From: an uncultured Enterocloster sp.
GTDB lineage: Bacteria; Bacillota; Clostridia; Lachnospirales; Lachnospiraceae
Length of the DNA stretch: 64,000 nt
Reading direction: 5' to 3'
Assembly: GCA_944384065.1 (NCBI GenBank)
Contig: CALWRY010000005.1
Coordinates: 294-64,293 of the forward strand
Notes under the pieces: generated by a model
What the model was told of the DNA's origin: nothing
Database searches by the model: none
The model's input: the letters and a program-made list of their open reading frames with translations, nothing else
Position numbers and translations under genes: made by a program
Shown: positions 45,498 through 55,111 of the stretch, piece by piece
Layout: every line of letters starts with the position of its first letter
Position numbering within the stretch: the first letter of the stretch is position 1

Positions 45498-47759
45498 TTA
45501 CTCCCCATCGCGGCACTCAAATACATAGAGATGTGATGTAAAATCACCCGCATCCCCCCCGGAATTTTCCTCCGTAATTTCAGGATCCCTTACATAGGTG
45601 CCGGTAAATTCCATCTCCGGCAGGAATCCCATATTCATCAGCTCATCTCCATAATATACCTCCCCTGCTCTGCTGCAGCGGTACTGCTTCTCAGGAAGAA
45701 GCCCCGCCAGCGCTATTTTTTTCAGCTTAGGATTGGGCGACGCCAGCACCTTGAAGCAGCTGAAGATCGCGGTACGCCTGTCCTCCGACACCACCATCCA
45801 GGCAGCATTCCCCTGATGGGCAAAGGGATCCTGCAGGCGGTAAAACTTCCCAAATTGAAATACCTTTCTATATTTCTTGAAAAACTGAATCTGGCCGATG
45901 ATCTGCTGCTGCTCCTCCTCTGTCATCGCATTCGGATCCAGTTCATATCCAAATGCACCGAAAAACGCCACATTTGCCCGGAAATCCAGAGGCGTGGTCC
46001 GTCTCAGCTGATGGTTCGGCACTGCGGATACATGGGCCCCTATGGATGAAATCGGATATACCATGCTGGTTCCATACTGAATTTTAATCCGCTCCACACC
46101 GTCCGTATCATCGCTGGCCCAGCACTGAGGCGCATAGTACAGCAGTCCGGCGTCAAACCTTGCTCCGCCGCTGGCACAGGATTCAAACAAAATTTCTGGA
46201 AACGCCTCTATCAGGCGCTCATACAGGGCATATACCCCCAGAATATATCTATGAAAAAACTCCCCCTGCCTGTCCGTCCCCAAGCTGGACCCGTAGGCTT
46301 CTGTAATTGTGCGGTTCATATCCCACTTAATGTAGGAAATCTTTGAATTCTCCAATATCTTCCGCATGGCCTGGAAAATATAATCCACTACCTCTGGATT
46401 GGAAAAATCCAGCACATACTGGCTTCTCCCATGGGACATGGGGCGGCCCGGGGTGCGAATCACCCAATCCTCATGCTCCTCATACAGGCGGCTGACCCGG
46501 TTCACCATCTCCGGTTCAAACCAGAGACCGAATTTCAACCCCATTGCCTCTATTTTCTTCGAGAGTCCCTCCACGCCGTCGGGAAGCTTCTCCCTGTCAC
46601 TGTACCAGTCTCCCAGGGAGCTCCGGCTGCTGTTTCGCTTTCCGAACCATCCGTCATCCAGCACAAAGAGCTCTACCCCCAGTTTTTTTGCCTTCTCCGC
46701 AATTTCCAGTATTTTTTGCTCATCAAACCGGAAATAGGTGGCCTCCCAGTTATTCAGCACCACCGGCCGCTCCCGGTTTCTCCAGCACCTTCTCACCAGA
46801 CGTTCGTTGAACAGCGCATGGAAATTCTGACTCATGCCGTTCAGCCCCTGGGCGGAATAAGTCAGAACCGCCTCCGGAGTCTGAAACGCGGCCCCGCTGT
46901 CCAAGATCCAGGTAAATTCAAAGGGATTAATTCCCAGACTTACGCGGGCGGTTTCAAACCGATCAACCTCCACCTGCGCCAGGAAATTCCCGCTGTACAC
47001 CAGACAGAATCCATAGGCGTCCCCCTGCATTTCCGTGGTGTCCGGGCGCTTCAGCGCAAGAAATGGATTGTGCTCCGCGCTGCTCTCCCCCCGGGTGCTG
47101 GTAATTGCCTGAATTCCCTTTTCAACCTTTCTTTTTGTAATATGCCGCTCTCTTGCCCAGGATCCGTCCAGCTGCAGCATCTCAAACTCACTGTCATAAA
47201 AATCAATGGAGGCGGATAGTGCGCGGCGAAGCTTTAGGCGCTCCTCTCCATGATTGATAAACCGCGCGCTCCGGCAGATAACATCATAGTTTTCGTAGAT
47301 GGTGTAGGACAGCACGAGTTCCGCCTGTATCAATTTGTCCTCCAGCACCACCTCCAGCGTGCAGGCATCCCCCGGCTCCTCCGCGTAGGTCCCCGGCAGT
47401 CCCTCCAACGGCTTCTTTCCATCAAATATTTCATGGCCCTTATAGACAAAATTTGTAATCCGGCTTCCATTCTCCAGCTCCATCTGGTAAGCAGGCTCCC
47501 GATAGTCCGTTGTCCCATAGCATGGATATTCCTGACGGATCAAATCCAGGGAAAATAAAAAGTTCTTTTCGAACGCATATGCTGTATGGCTGCATGTGCG
47601 CAGCTGGAGCCAATGCTGAAAGCTGTCTCTGTGGGTTACTCGTTTTCCAAAGTACAAATGTCCTAGCTGTCCGTTCTGCAGAATGCATAAGATGTAACTG
47701 ATTCGTTTGTTTTGAAGGTGAAACTCTTTTGTCTCCTGATTGAAAATAATGTTCGGCAC
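45498..47759 (-). CDS. alpha-galactosidase (GH36)
   Basis: NNWEATYF, FVLDDGWFG, WFEPEMV, YIKWDMNR, CASGGAR and WASDDTD motifs; GTG start. Confidence 0.95.
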   Translation of the reverse strand: MPNIIFNQETKEFHLQNKRISYILCILQNGQLGHLYFGKRVTHRDSFQHWLQLRTCSHTAYAFEKNFLFSLDLIRQEYPCYGTTDYREPAYQMELENGSRITNFVYKGHEIFDGKKPLEGLPGTYAEEPGDACTLEVVLEDKLIQAELVLSYTIYENYDVICRSARFINHGEERLKLRRALSASIDFYDSEFEMLQLDGSWARERHITKRKVEKGIQAITSTRGESSAEHNPFLALKRPDTTEMQGDAYGFCLVYSGNFLAQVEVDRFETARVSLGINPFEFTWILDSGAAFQTPEAVLTYSAQGLNGMSQNFHALFNERLVRRCWRNRERPVVLNNWEATYFRFDEQKILEIAEKAKKLGVELFVLDDGWFGKRNSSRSSLGDWYSDREKLPDGVEGLSKKIEAMGLKFGLWFEPEMVNRVSRLYEEHEDWVIRTPGRPMSHGRSQYVLDFSNPEVVDYIFQAMRKILENSKISYIKWDMNRTITEAYGSSLGTDRQGEFFHRYILGVYALYERLIEAFPEILFESCASGGARFDAGLLYYAPQCWASDDTDGVERIKIQYGTSMVYPISSIGAHVSAVPNHQLRRTTPLDFRANVAFFGAFGYELDPNAMTEEEQQQIIGQIQFFKKYRKVFQFGKFYRLQDPFAHQGNAAWMVVSEDRRTAIFSCFKVLASPNPKLKKIALAGLLPEKQYRCSRAGEVYYGDELMNMGFLPEMEFTGTYVRDPEITEENSGGDAGDFTSHLYVFECRDGE

Positions 47760-47780
47760 TTCTTTAAGCTCCTTTCCTTT

Positions 47781-47796
47781 ATAAACGCGCGTTTAT
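47781..47796. promoter_or_regulatory. LacI-type operator (further copies at 47872-47885 and 48982-48997)
   Basis: Perfect palindrome ATAAACGCGCGTTTAT just upstream of the alpha-galactosidase. Confidence 0.8.
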
Positions 47797-47959
47797 TTTT
47801 TCTGCAAAAATATATTCCGCATTTTTATTGTATACTATATACTTTATCCGTATAATTTCAATTTTCGCGTTTAAACGCGCGTTTATTTTTGACTCTAAAC
47901 CTTTCCCTCTCTGTTTGCATTTACCCTCCTTTTTTAAGCATCTGCCAGATGCCGCCGCG

Positions 47960-48970
47960 CTAGGCAGTGAGCCCTACCCGTATTGCTGCGCGGCAGACAA
48001 TCTGTTTTTCCTTTTCAATATCCAAAACTGCCCGAACTGCAATCTTGGCGATTTCCCGGACGGAAATCTCAACCGTTGTCAAGTGAATCCCCAAGTCGTC
48101 ATACAGAGATACATAGTCGCATCCCATAATCCCCACATCCTCCGGAACCCTTTTGTTAAGATCCGCTGCGGCCCGCGTCGCCGCTATCGCAGTAATATCA
48201 TCTGCGGCAAAGATGGCATCTACCTGATGCTCCTGCATCAGCCTCACTGCAGCTCTATACGCATATTCGCGATTAAACCCGCCATATTCCACCGGCAGCT
48301 CTTCCCGCCGGTACCCAGCCGCCTCCATCGCTTTGCAGTATCCCTCCAAGCGCTCTCTGGCTGACAAACGGTTGTCTCCGCGGATATGGCCAATCCGGGC
48401 ATATTTCTTTTTCAGCAGATACTCCACTGCCAAAAAAGCTCCCCTCTCATTCTCACTGTAAATGGCCTTCACATTATCCGCCTGCTTCAGGCTGTCATCC
48501 GGGTCGATGACGACCATGTTAAATCCCTTTTCCGCTATGGCATTAATGCGCTCCATCTGGAATTCAAATCCTACGAAAACGCCTCCGCATATCTCCCTGT
48601 TCAAAAACCTATTCTCAATCTCTTCATAATCCGCTTCTGTTGAAATAACAAGAACCGAGATCATGTAGCCATATGCCTTGCTCTGGGTAATCAGCTCCGC
48701 AATCAGGCGCATAAAATAGGGAGATTCCATTCCTTTCCAGCGGTTTCCATCTCCACTATTGTCATTGGAAATGCAGAGCGCTATTTCCATGTTGCTTTTC
48801 CCCGCAAGGACGCGGGCAAACGCGTTTGGCTTGTATCCATATTTTTCAATCACACCCATGACTTTCTGCCTTGTGGGCTCAGGGACATTGGGGTAATTGT
48901 TTATAACCCTTGACACCGTACTCCGAGAAACATTCGCCAGTCTTGCAATTTCCTCACTGGTTATTTTCAT
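47960..48970 (-). CDS. LacI family transcriptional regulator
   Basis: TSEEIARLANVSRSTVSRVIN HTH. Confidence 0.94.
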   Translation of the reverse strand: MKITSEEIARLANVSRSTVSRVINNYPNVPEPTRQKVMGVIEKYGYKPNAFARVLAGKSNMEIALCISNDNSGDGNRWKGMESPYFMRLIAELITQSKAYGYMISVLVISTEADYEEIENRFLNREICGGVFVGFEFQMERINAIAEKGFNMVVIDPDDSLKQADNVKAIYSENERGAFLAVEYLLKKKYARIGHIRGDNRLSARERLEGYCKAMEAAGYRREELPVEYGGFNREYAYRAAVRLMQEHQVDAIFAADDITAIAATRAAADLNKRVPEDVGIMGCDYVSLYDDLGIHLTTVEISVREIAKIAVRAVLDIEKEKQIVCRAAIRVGLTA

Positions 48971-49189
48971 AAACGCACCTCATAAACGCGTGTTCAACAC
49001 TATAAGATAATAACACCATTTTTTCTTTTTGTAAATAGTTTTATGTGTATTTTTTCTAATCCATCCGCCCCCGCACCGGAATAAAACTGGCATATATATT
49101 CAAATCTATGATGCGGGCTGATAAAAGAGAGACAGCGCCGCTCTTTCCAGCAGGCACTGTCTCTCATTTCTGCGCACTTGCGCGTGCAT

Positions 49190-50857
49190 CTAGTAGAACA
49201 GCCGGTTCACCGCGCTGAAGATACCGCGGATGGAAGACCTGGTAATATTGGAGCTCACGCCCACGCCGTAGGTCGCCTTTCCTGTGGTCTGATCCACCAG
49301 GTGGATGTAGGAGGCAGCCTGCGCCCCGGAACCGGAGGCCAGGGCGTGCTCGGAGTAATCCAGCACCTTGATCTGGATCCCGAGAGCATCCTCCAGACCT
49401 CTCTGCACCGCGTCGATGGGTCCGTTTCCAATGCCCTCGAAGGTCTTCTCCATGCCGTGATCCGTATAGGTGACCTTGGCAAGGGTTGCAAACTCGCCCT
49501 CTCCCGTCTCTGTATCTGTAATCCGGCACTTGCGGAAGTGCATGGGCTCCTTCCGATCCAGATAGTTCTTCTTGAACTCGTCCATAATCTGCTCCGGAGC
49601 CACCTCGCCCTGCTGCTCGGAGATCTTCTGGATCACATCCGCAAACTCCTTGTGCATGCCCTTGGGCAGCTTGAAGCCATAGAAGGTATCCATGACAAAG
49701 GCCACGCCGCCCTTTCCGGACTGGCTGTTGATACGGACAACCGGCTCGTATACCCGGCCGATATCGCTGGGATCGATGGGGAGATAGGGAACCTCCCAGT
49801 ACTCGCTGTTCCTCTCCTTGAGGGCCTGCATGCCCTTGCTGATGGCATCCTGGTGGGAGCCGGAGAACGCCGTGAACACCAGCTTGCCCGCATAGGGGTG
49901 TCTCGGCGGAATCTGCATCTTGGTGCACCGCTCATAGACCTCCGCAATCTCCCGCACGTTCTCAATATTGAGCTCCGGGTTGATGCCCTGGGAGAACATG
50001 TTGTAGGCCAGGTTGAGAATATCCACATTTCCCGTGCGCTCCCCGTTTCCAAAGAGGGTTCCCTCCACCCGGTCCGCGCCTGCAAGAAGGGCCAACTCCG
50101 TGGAGGCCACGCCGCAGCCCCTGTCATTGTGGGGATGCACGCTCAGGATAATGCTCTCACGGTTCTTGAAATGGGTGTTCATCCACTCAATCTGATCCGC
50201 ATACACGTTCGGCGTGGTCATCTCCACCGTGGAGGGCAGATTGATGATGATGGGGTTCTCCTTGGTGGCGCCCCAGGTCTCCTGGACCGCCGTGCAGATA
50301 TCAAGGGCAAAATCCAGCTCTGTCCCCGTAAAGCTCTCGGGAGAATACTCCAGGCGGATCTCGGTATCGCAGTCCGCCATATACTTCTGCACCAGCTTGG
50401 TGCCAACCACCGCAATCTCCTTAATCTCCTCCTTGTCCTTGTGGAACACCACGTCCCGCTGAAGGGTGGAGGTGGAGTTGTAGATATGTACAATGGCTTT
50501 CTTGATTCCCTTTAAGGATTCAAAGGTTCTCTTGATCAGGTGCTCCCGGCACTGCACCAACACCTGGATCACCACGTCGTCCTGAATCAGCTTCCGGTCC
50601 ACCAGGGTCCGCAGGAAATCATACTCGATCTGGGAGGCTGAGGGGAATCCCACCTCAATCTCCTTGAAGCCCAGCTTCACCAGGAGGTTGAACATCTCCA
50701 CCTTCTCCTCCACAACCATGGGCTCCACCAGCGCCTGATTGCCATCCCGAAGGTCCACGCTGCACCAGACGGGCGCTTTCTGAATCTCCTTATCCGGCCA
50801 GGTGCGCTCCGGAAAATTCACAACCGGTACTCTCTTATATCTCTGATAATTTAACAT
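49190..50857 (-). CDS. leuA: 2-isopropylmalate synthase (yeast/actinobacterial type)
   Basis: DLRDGNQAL, YSPESF, HPHNDRG, GNGERTGN, FSGSHQDA and GNGPIDA motifs. Confidence 0.96.
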   Translation of the reverse strand: MLNYQRYKRVPVVNFPERTWPDKEIQKAPVWCSVDLRDGNQALVEPMVVEEKVEMFNLLVKLGFKEIEVGFPSASQIEYDFLRTLVDRKLIQDDVVIQVLVQCREHLIKRTFESLKGIKKAIVHIYNSTSTLQRDVVFHKDKEEIKEIAVVGTKLVQKYMADCDTEIRLEYSPESFTGTELDFALDICTAVQETWGATKENPIIINLPSTVEMTTPNVYADQIEWMNTHFKNRESIILSVHPHNDRGCGVASTELALLAGADRVEGTLFGNGERTGNVDILNLAYNMFSQGINPELNIENVREIAEVYERCTKMQIPPRHPYAGKLVFTAFSGSHQDAISKGMQALKERNSEYWEVPYLPIDPSDIGRVYEPVVRINSQSGKGGVAFVMDTFYGFKLPKGMHKEFADVIQKISEQQGEVAPEQIMDEFKKNYLDRKEPMHFRKCRITDTETGEGEFATLAKVTYTDHGMEKTFEGIGNGPIDAVQRGLEDALGIQIKVLDYSEHALASGSGAQAASYIHLVDQTTGKATYGVGVSSNITRSSIRGIFSAVNRLFY

Positions 50858-51152
50858 AAAACTTTCTCCTCCATTCTGTTCACTCGCTTACATGTCCAGC
50901 CCGCGCAGGTCTCCCCGCACTCCTCAAAAGATACGGCAGTCAAAAACAGCCGCCAAAATTTCTCATACGCCCGTTACGGGCAGTCGCTCGATGACACCAT
51001 AGCGGCGGACAATGAACAGAATTACATTTACTGGGCCAGCCCCATTCCCGCATCATTCCTTTGCTGTAAAATTCAAACAGTTAAATTGCAACTATTCAGG
51101 ACGGCGCATCCTCTTGCCCCTGTTTTCGCGCCGTCCTGAACAATTATAAAAT

Positions 51153-51181
51153 ATTATAACACAAGCCTTTATAACTTACAA
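51153..51181 (-). promoter_or_regulatory. probable sigma-A promoter of leuA, implying a ~290-nt leader
   Basis: TTGTAA-17 bp-TATAAT with extended TG. Confidence 0.65.
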
Positions 51182-51346
51182 GTTTAGCCCTCGCATTTAC
51201 TATTCTTTGTGGTTATTGTATGTATTCCTGCAATTTATAAAAATGGAACGGACTAAGGCTGGCATATCTATACAGCATATGCTATACTAAACGCAGCCAT
51301 CCTGGTGCAAGCACAGCCATTCAGCGCTTTAGAAAGGAGAATCTTG

Positions 51347-51787
51347 ATGCTGCGTATCTATCTAGGCCAGTTGGATAAAGCTATTTATCATCCGCCAACC
51401 TATTTTGATAACCAATATGAGGATGAATGGATAACGGATCCCTTGTCCGTTGCGATGATAAAGGACGTTGATAAATCCGACGTGATAAGCTCCCATTTAA
51501 TTGACAGTCCCGTTTTGGGCCCTATTTCTACAAGAGAATTATCCGGCGGAGTAAAGACCCTGATGCTGATGGCCTTTGACAACTCCGATAAAATATTTAA
51601 CGCATCTGCTTGCGGCGACAACTGTGCGAAATGGATTTTGAAAATCAGTGAGAAAAAGGATTTAACCATCAATCTCCGGCACATCATGGACTTCGGAGAT
51701 GAAGCATTCACAGCAGAAATTCTCAATACTGGAAAAATTGTCCATAACATGGATGAATTTGTTTCAATCGCAGGGGAGTACGTATAG
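51347..51787 (+). CDS. DUF4869-like protein carrying an ABC signature motif
   Basis: RBS GAAAGGAG; MIKDVDKS, SPVLG, ELSGGVKTL, NASACGDNC and INLRH motifs. Confidence 0.85.
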   Translation: MLRIYLGQLDKAIYHPPTYFDNQYEDEWITDPLSVAMIKDVDKSDVISSHLIDSPVLGPISTRELSGGVKTLMLMAFDNSDKIFNASACGDNCAKWILKISEKKDLTINLRHIMDFGDEAFTAEILNTGKIVHNMDEFVSIAGEYV

Positions 51788-51794
51788 GGGCGCT

Positions 51795-52769
51795 ATGAGA
51801 GGGAAGCATAAAATCATTGTACAGAATAATCGGCTGCATTATGAATTCGAAATAAAGCGAAACATTACCGTAATTCAAGGAGACAGCGCTACTGGAAAAA
51901 CCACATTAATTAACATGCTGCGCCAGGCAGAAAATCTGGGACAATCCAGCGGTATTGATGTGCGCTGCGACGTACCCTGTCGGATATTAGAAGGGCCGCA
52001 CTGGAAGCTTGTCCTGGAAAACGTAACGGGGAGTATACTATTTATAGACGAGGAAAATACATTTATCAACACGGAGGAATTTGCCTCCGCTGCACGCGGC
52101 TCTGACAATTACTTTGTGTTAATCACGAGAGAAAATCTTTATAATCTGCCTTACAGTGCGGAGGAAATATACGGCCTGCATTCCTCTGGGAAATATCAGA
52201 ACACCCGAAAAGTGTACCAGGAAATGTATCGCATCTATGCAAATAATCCCTGGCTGCCTATAGATCCTGAAAAAGTCATTACAGAAGACTCCAATTCGGG
52301 ATATACGTTCTTCCAGGCAATATGCAGAGAAAACGGGATAGTCTGCGAAAGCGCGGGCGGCAAATCCAATATTTTTACCCTGCTGCAGCATATCGGTCCG
52401 GAAAGAACTTGTGTCATTGCTGACGGCGCCGCGATTGGCCCGGAGATGAACCGTCTATATAAGCAGACGCAGCACCATAAGAATATTTCCCTATATCTTC
52501 CGGAATCCTTTGAATGGATTATTTTGAAATCAGGGGTAATTTCAAGAAAAGAGATTCAAACAATATTAGCGGAGCCTGAGCAATATATTGACAGTAGAGA
52601 ATTTTTCAGTTGGGAAAGGTATTTTACCCGGCTTTTGACGGAAGAAACCGCTCAATCGTATTTGCGCTACAATAAATCAAAACTGAACGAAGCCTATCTG
52701 CATGATAAGCCCCGGTCTGCAATTCTTAAAAGCATAGAAGGAATCAACTTTAATAGAAACCCTCTGTAA
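51795..52769 (+). CDS. P-loop ATPase fused to a TOPRIM-like domain
   Basis: Walker A GDSATGKTT, Walker B ILFIDEE, VLITRE; C-terminal ITEDSNSG, AGGKS, VIADG and PESFE motifs. Confidence 0.8.
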   Translation: MRGKHKIIVQNNRLHYEFEIKRNITVIQGDSATGKTTLINMLRQAENLGQSSGIDVRCDVPCRILEGPHWKLVLENVTGSILFIDEENTFINTEEFASAARGSDNYFVLITRENLYNLPYSAEEIYGLHSSGKYQNTRKVYQEMYRIYANNPWLPIDPEKVITEDSNSGYTFFQAICRENGIVCESAGGKSNIFTLLQHIGPERTCVIADGAAIGPEMNRLYKQTQHHKNISLYLPESFEWIILKSGVISRKEIQTILAEPEQYIDSREFFSWERYFTRLLTEETAQSYLRYNKSKLNEAYLHDKPRSAILKSIEGINFNRNPL

Positions 52770-52774
52770 TCTTT

Positions 52775-52826
52775 AAAAGAGACTGTAAAAACATGCCCCA
52801 TTCGGCCCCATTTTTACAGTCTCTTT
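52775..52826. terminator. bidirectional terminator
   Basis: AAAAGAGACTGTAAAAA...TTTTTACAGTCTCTTTT inverted repeat between convergent genes. Confidence 0.85.
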
Positions 52827-52852
52827 TCCTAACCTTTCTGAAAATCTTCTGC

Positions 52853-54205
52853 CTACAGGCAGTGTCCTCTCTCCTTCATCACCCGAATCACCTGGTCCAC
52901 GTACTGCTCGCAGGTCTCCATATCCGGGGCTTCCACCATCACCCGCACCACGGGCTCCGTGCCGGACTGGCGCAGAAGGATGCGGCCATTGCTTCCCAGC
53001 GCCTCCGCCACCTTCTTTGTCTCCGCCTGGACGGCCTCATCCTCCTGGGCCGCCTTCTTATCCTCCACGCGCACATTCTTTAACACCTGGGGATAGATCT
53101 CCACCTCGGAGGCCAGCTTCGCCAGGGTCTGCTTCTTCTCCAGAATCACCTCCATCACCTTTAAGGAGGTGAGGATTCCGTCCCCTGTGGTGGCGTGCTT
53201 GCTGAAAATAATGTGGCCGGACTGCTCGCCGCCCAGGCAGCGCCCGGTGGCCGCCATATTCTCGTAGACGTACTTATCGCCCACCGCAGTCTTCTCGTAG
53301 CCGATCCCCTCCCGCTCAAATGCCTTGTAGAGGCCGAAGTTGGACATCACCGTGGTCACCACCGTATTGTCAAAGAGGCTTCCCTGCTCCTTCATATACT
53401 TGCCGCAGATAAACATGATGCGGTCGCCGTCCACCACCTGTCCGTTTGCGTCCACCGCGATGCAGCGGTCCGCGTCCCCGTCGTAGGCAAAGCCCACGTC
53501 GCACTTCTCCTGGAGCACGAATTTCTGGAGCTCCTCAATATGGGTGGATCCGCAGTTTTCATTGATATTTAAGCCGTTTGGATCATTGTGGATCACATGG
53601 GTCTCCGCACCCAGGGCGTCAAATACATTCTTAGCAATGGCGGAGGCGCTTCCGTTGGCGCAGTCCAGAGCCACCTTCATATTCTTGAAGGAGCGGGTGG
53701 CGATGGAGATGAGGTAGCCGATGTAGCGGTTCCTGCCTGCGGCAAAATCCACAGTCCGTCCGATGGCGTCCTTCTTTGCCAGAGGAATCTCTCCCATAGC
53801 GCCATCCAGATATGCCTCAATCTTCTCAATCACAGATTCCTCCAGCTTCTCTCCCCGCTCATTGATCACCTTGATTCCGTTGTCATAGTAGGGATTGTGG
53901 CTGGCGGAAATCATAATACCGCACTGAAACCCTTCGGTGCGCACCACATAGGACACGCTGGGGGTGGTGGTCACGTGGAGAAGATACACATCCGCCCCGG
54001 AGGCCGTGAGGCCCGCAACCAGCGAATACTCAAACATGTAGCTGCTCCGGCGCGTATCCTTGCCGATCACAATGCGGCAGCGCTCGTCAGGAGCTTCCTG
54101 GCTGTAATACCAGCCCAGAAAACGCCCCACCTTGTAGGCATGCTCCACCGTCAAATCCACATTAGCCTCCCCGCGGAAGCCGTCCGTTCCAAAATATTTT
54201 CCCAT
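52853..54205 (-). CDS. glmM: phosphoglucosamine mutase
   Basis: YFGTDG, SASHNP, DGDADR, GGEQSGH and RQSGTEP motifs. Confidence 0.95.
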   Translation of the reverse strand: MGKYFGTDGFRGEANVDLTVEHAYKVGRFLGWYYSQEAPDERCRIVIGKDTRRSSYMFEYSLVAGLTASGADVYLLHVTTTPSVSYVVRTEGFQCGIMISASHNPYYDNGIKVINERGEKLEESVIEKIEAYLDGAMGEIPLAKKDAIGRTVDFAAGRNRYIGYLISIATRSFKNMKVALDCANGSASAIAKNVFDALGAETHVIHNDPNGLNINENCGSTHIEELQKFVLQEKCDVGFAYDGDADRCIAVDANGQVVDGDRIMFICGKYMKEQGSLFDNTVVTTVMSNFGLYKAFEREGIGYEKTAVGDKYVYENMAATGRCLGGEQSGHIIFSKHATTGDGILTSLKVMEVILEKKQTLAKLASEVEIYPQVLKNVRVEDKKAAQEDEAVQAETKKVAEALGSNGRILLRQSGTEPVVRVMVEAPDMETCEQYVDQVIRVMKERGHCL

Positions 54206-54247
54206 CTTACTCATTCCTTTCACAAATACTCCGTCAAAAATCCGTCC

Positions 54248-55111
54248 TCACTCCCACAGCCCCTTCACCCTAAGGGCCGCAAGATATCTCCCCAGCGCAT
54301 CCTGCCAGGCGGGCAGGCGCTCAAACCCATTTTCCGAAAGCTTCTCCTTGCTCATGCGGCTGTTAAAGGGCCGTTTCGCCTTGGCGGGAAATCCCGAGGA
54401 ATCCACCGGCGTCACCTTCACATCCTTCATGCCTGCCTGGCGGAAAATCTCGCAGGCAAATTCATACCAGCTGCAGATCCCCTCGTTGGTGGCGTGATAG
54501 CGGCCGTATTTCTCTGTCTGAATCATGTCCGCCAGCAGGCGGGACAGATCCGGGGTGTAGGTGGGGGAGCCGATCTGGTCGTCCACCACGCTCACCGCGC
54601 CTCTCTCCGCTCCGAGCCGCAGCATGGTCCGCACGAAGTTCTTTCCGTAAACTCCAAATACCCAGGCGATCCGCACGATAAAGTACTTGTCAAGGGCCTG
54701 CTCCACGGCAAGCTCCCCCTCGTACTTGGTCCGTCCGTACACATTGAGAGGCTCCCTGGGATCATCCGGCTCCCAGGGCCGCTCTCCCTGGCCGTTGAAC
54801 ACATAGTCCGTGCTGATGTACATCATCTTGATGTCCAACTCCCGGCAGACCCGGGCCACATGTTCCGTCCCCTCGCTGTTGATTCTCCGGCAGAGCTCCG
54901 CGTTATCCTCCGCAGCGTCTACTGCAGTATATGCGGCGCAGTGAATAACTGCGTCCGGCCGCTCTGCCGAAATCACCCGCCTGCAGGCTTCGGCGTCGGT
55001 GATATCCATGTCCTCCACGTCCACTCCGATGCCCGTAATTTCGCGGGATGCGAGTTCCGCCATCAGATCCTGGCCCAGCTGTCCCTTGGCCCCGGTCACC
55101 AGTACTCTCAT
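54248..55111 (-). CDS. rfbD: dTDP-4-dehydrorhamnose reductase
   Basis: GAKGQLG, AAYTAVD, STDYVF, YGRTK and DQIGSPT motifs. Confidence 0.96.
   Translation of the reverse strand: MRVLVTGAKGQLGQDLMAELASREITGIGVDVEDMDITDAEACRRVISAERPDAVIHCAAYTAVDAAEDNAELCRRINSEGTEHVARVCRELDIKMMYISTDYVFNGQGERPWEPDDPREPLNVYGRTKYEGELAVEQALDKYFIVRIAWVFGVYGKNFVRTMLRLGAERGAVSVVDDQIGSPTYTPDLSRLLADMIQTEKYGRYHATNEGICSWYEFACEIFRQAGMKDVKVTPVDSSGFPAKAKRPFNSRMSKEKLSENGFERLPAWQDALGRYLAALRVKGLWE

Noticed and set aside
50940-51056. 38-aa uORF (MMREWGWPSK...) as a leuA attenuator peptide
   Set aside because: Only one Leu codon, poorly spaced RBS, no clear attenuator terminator.
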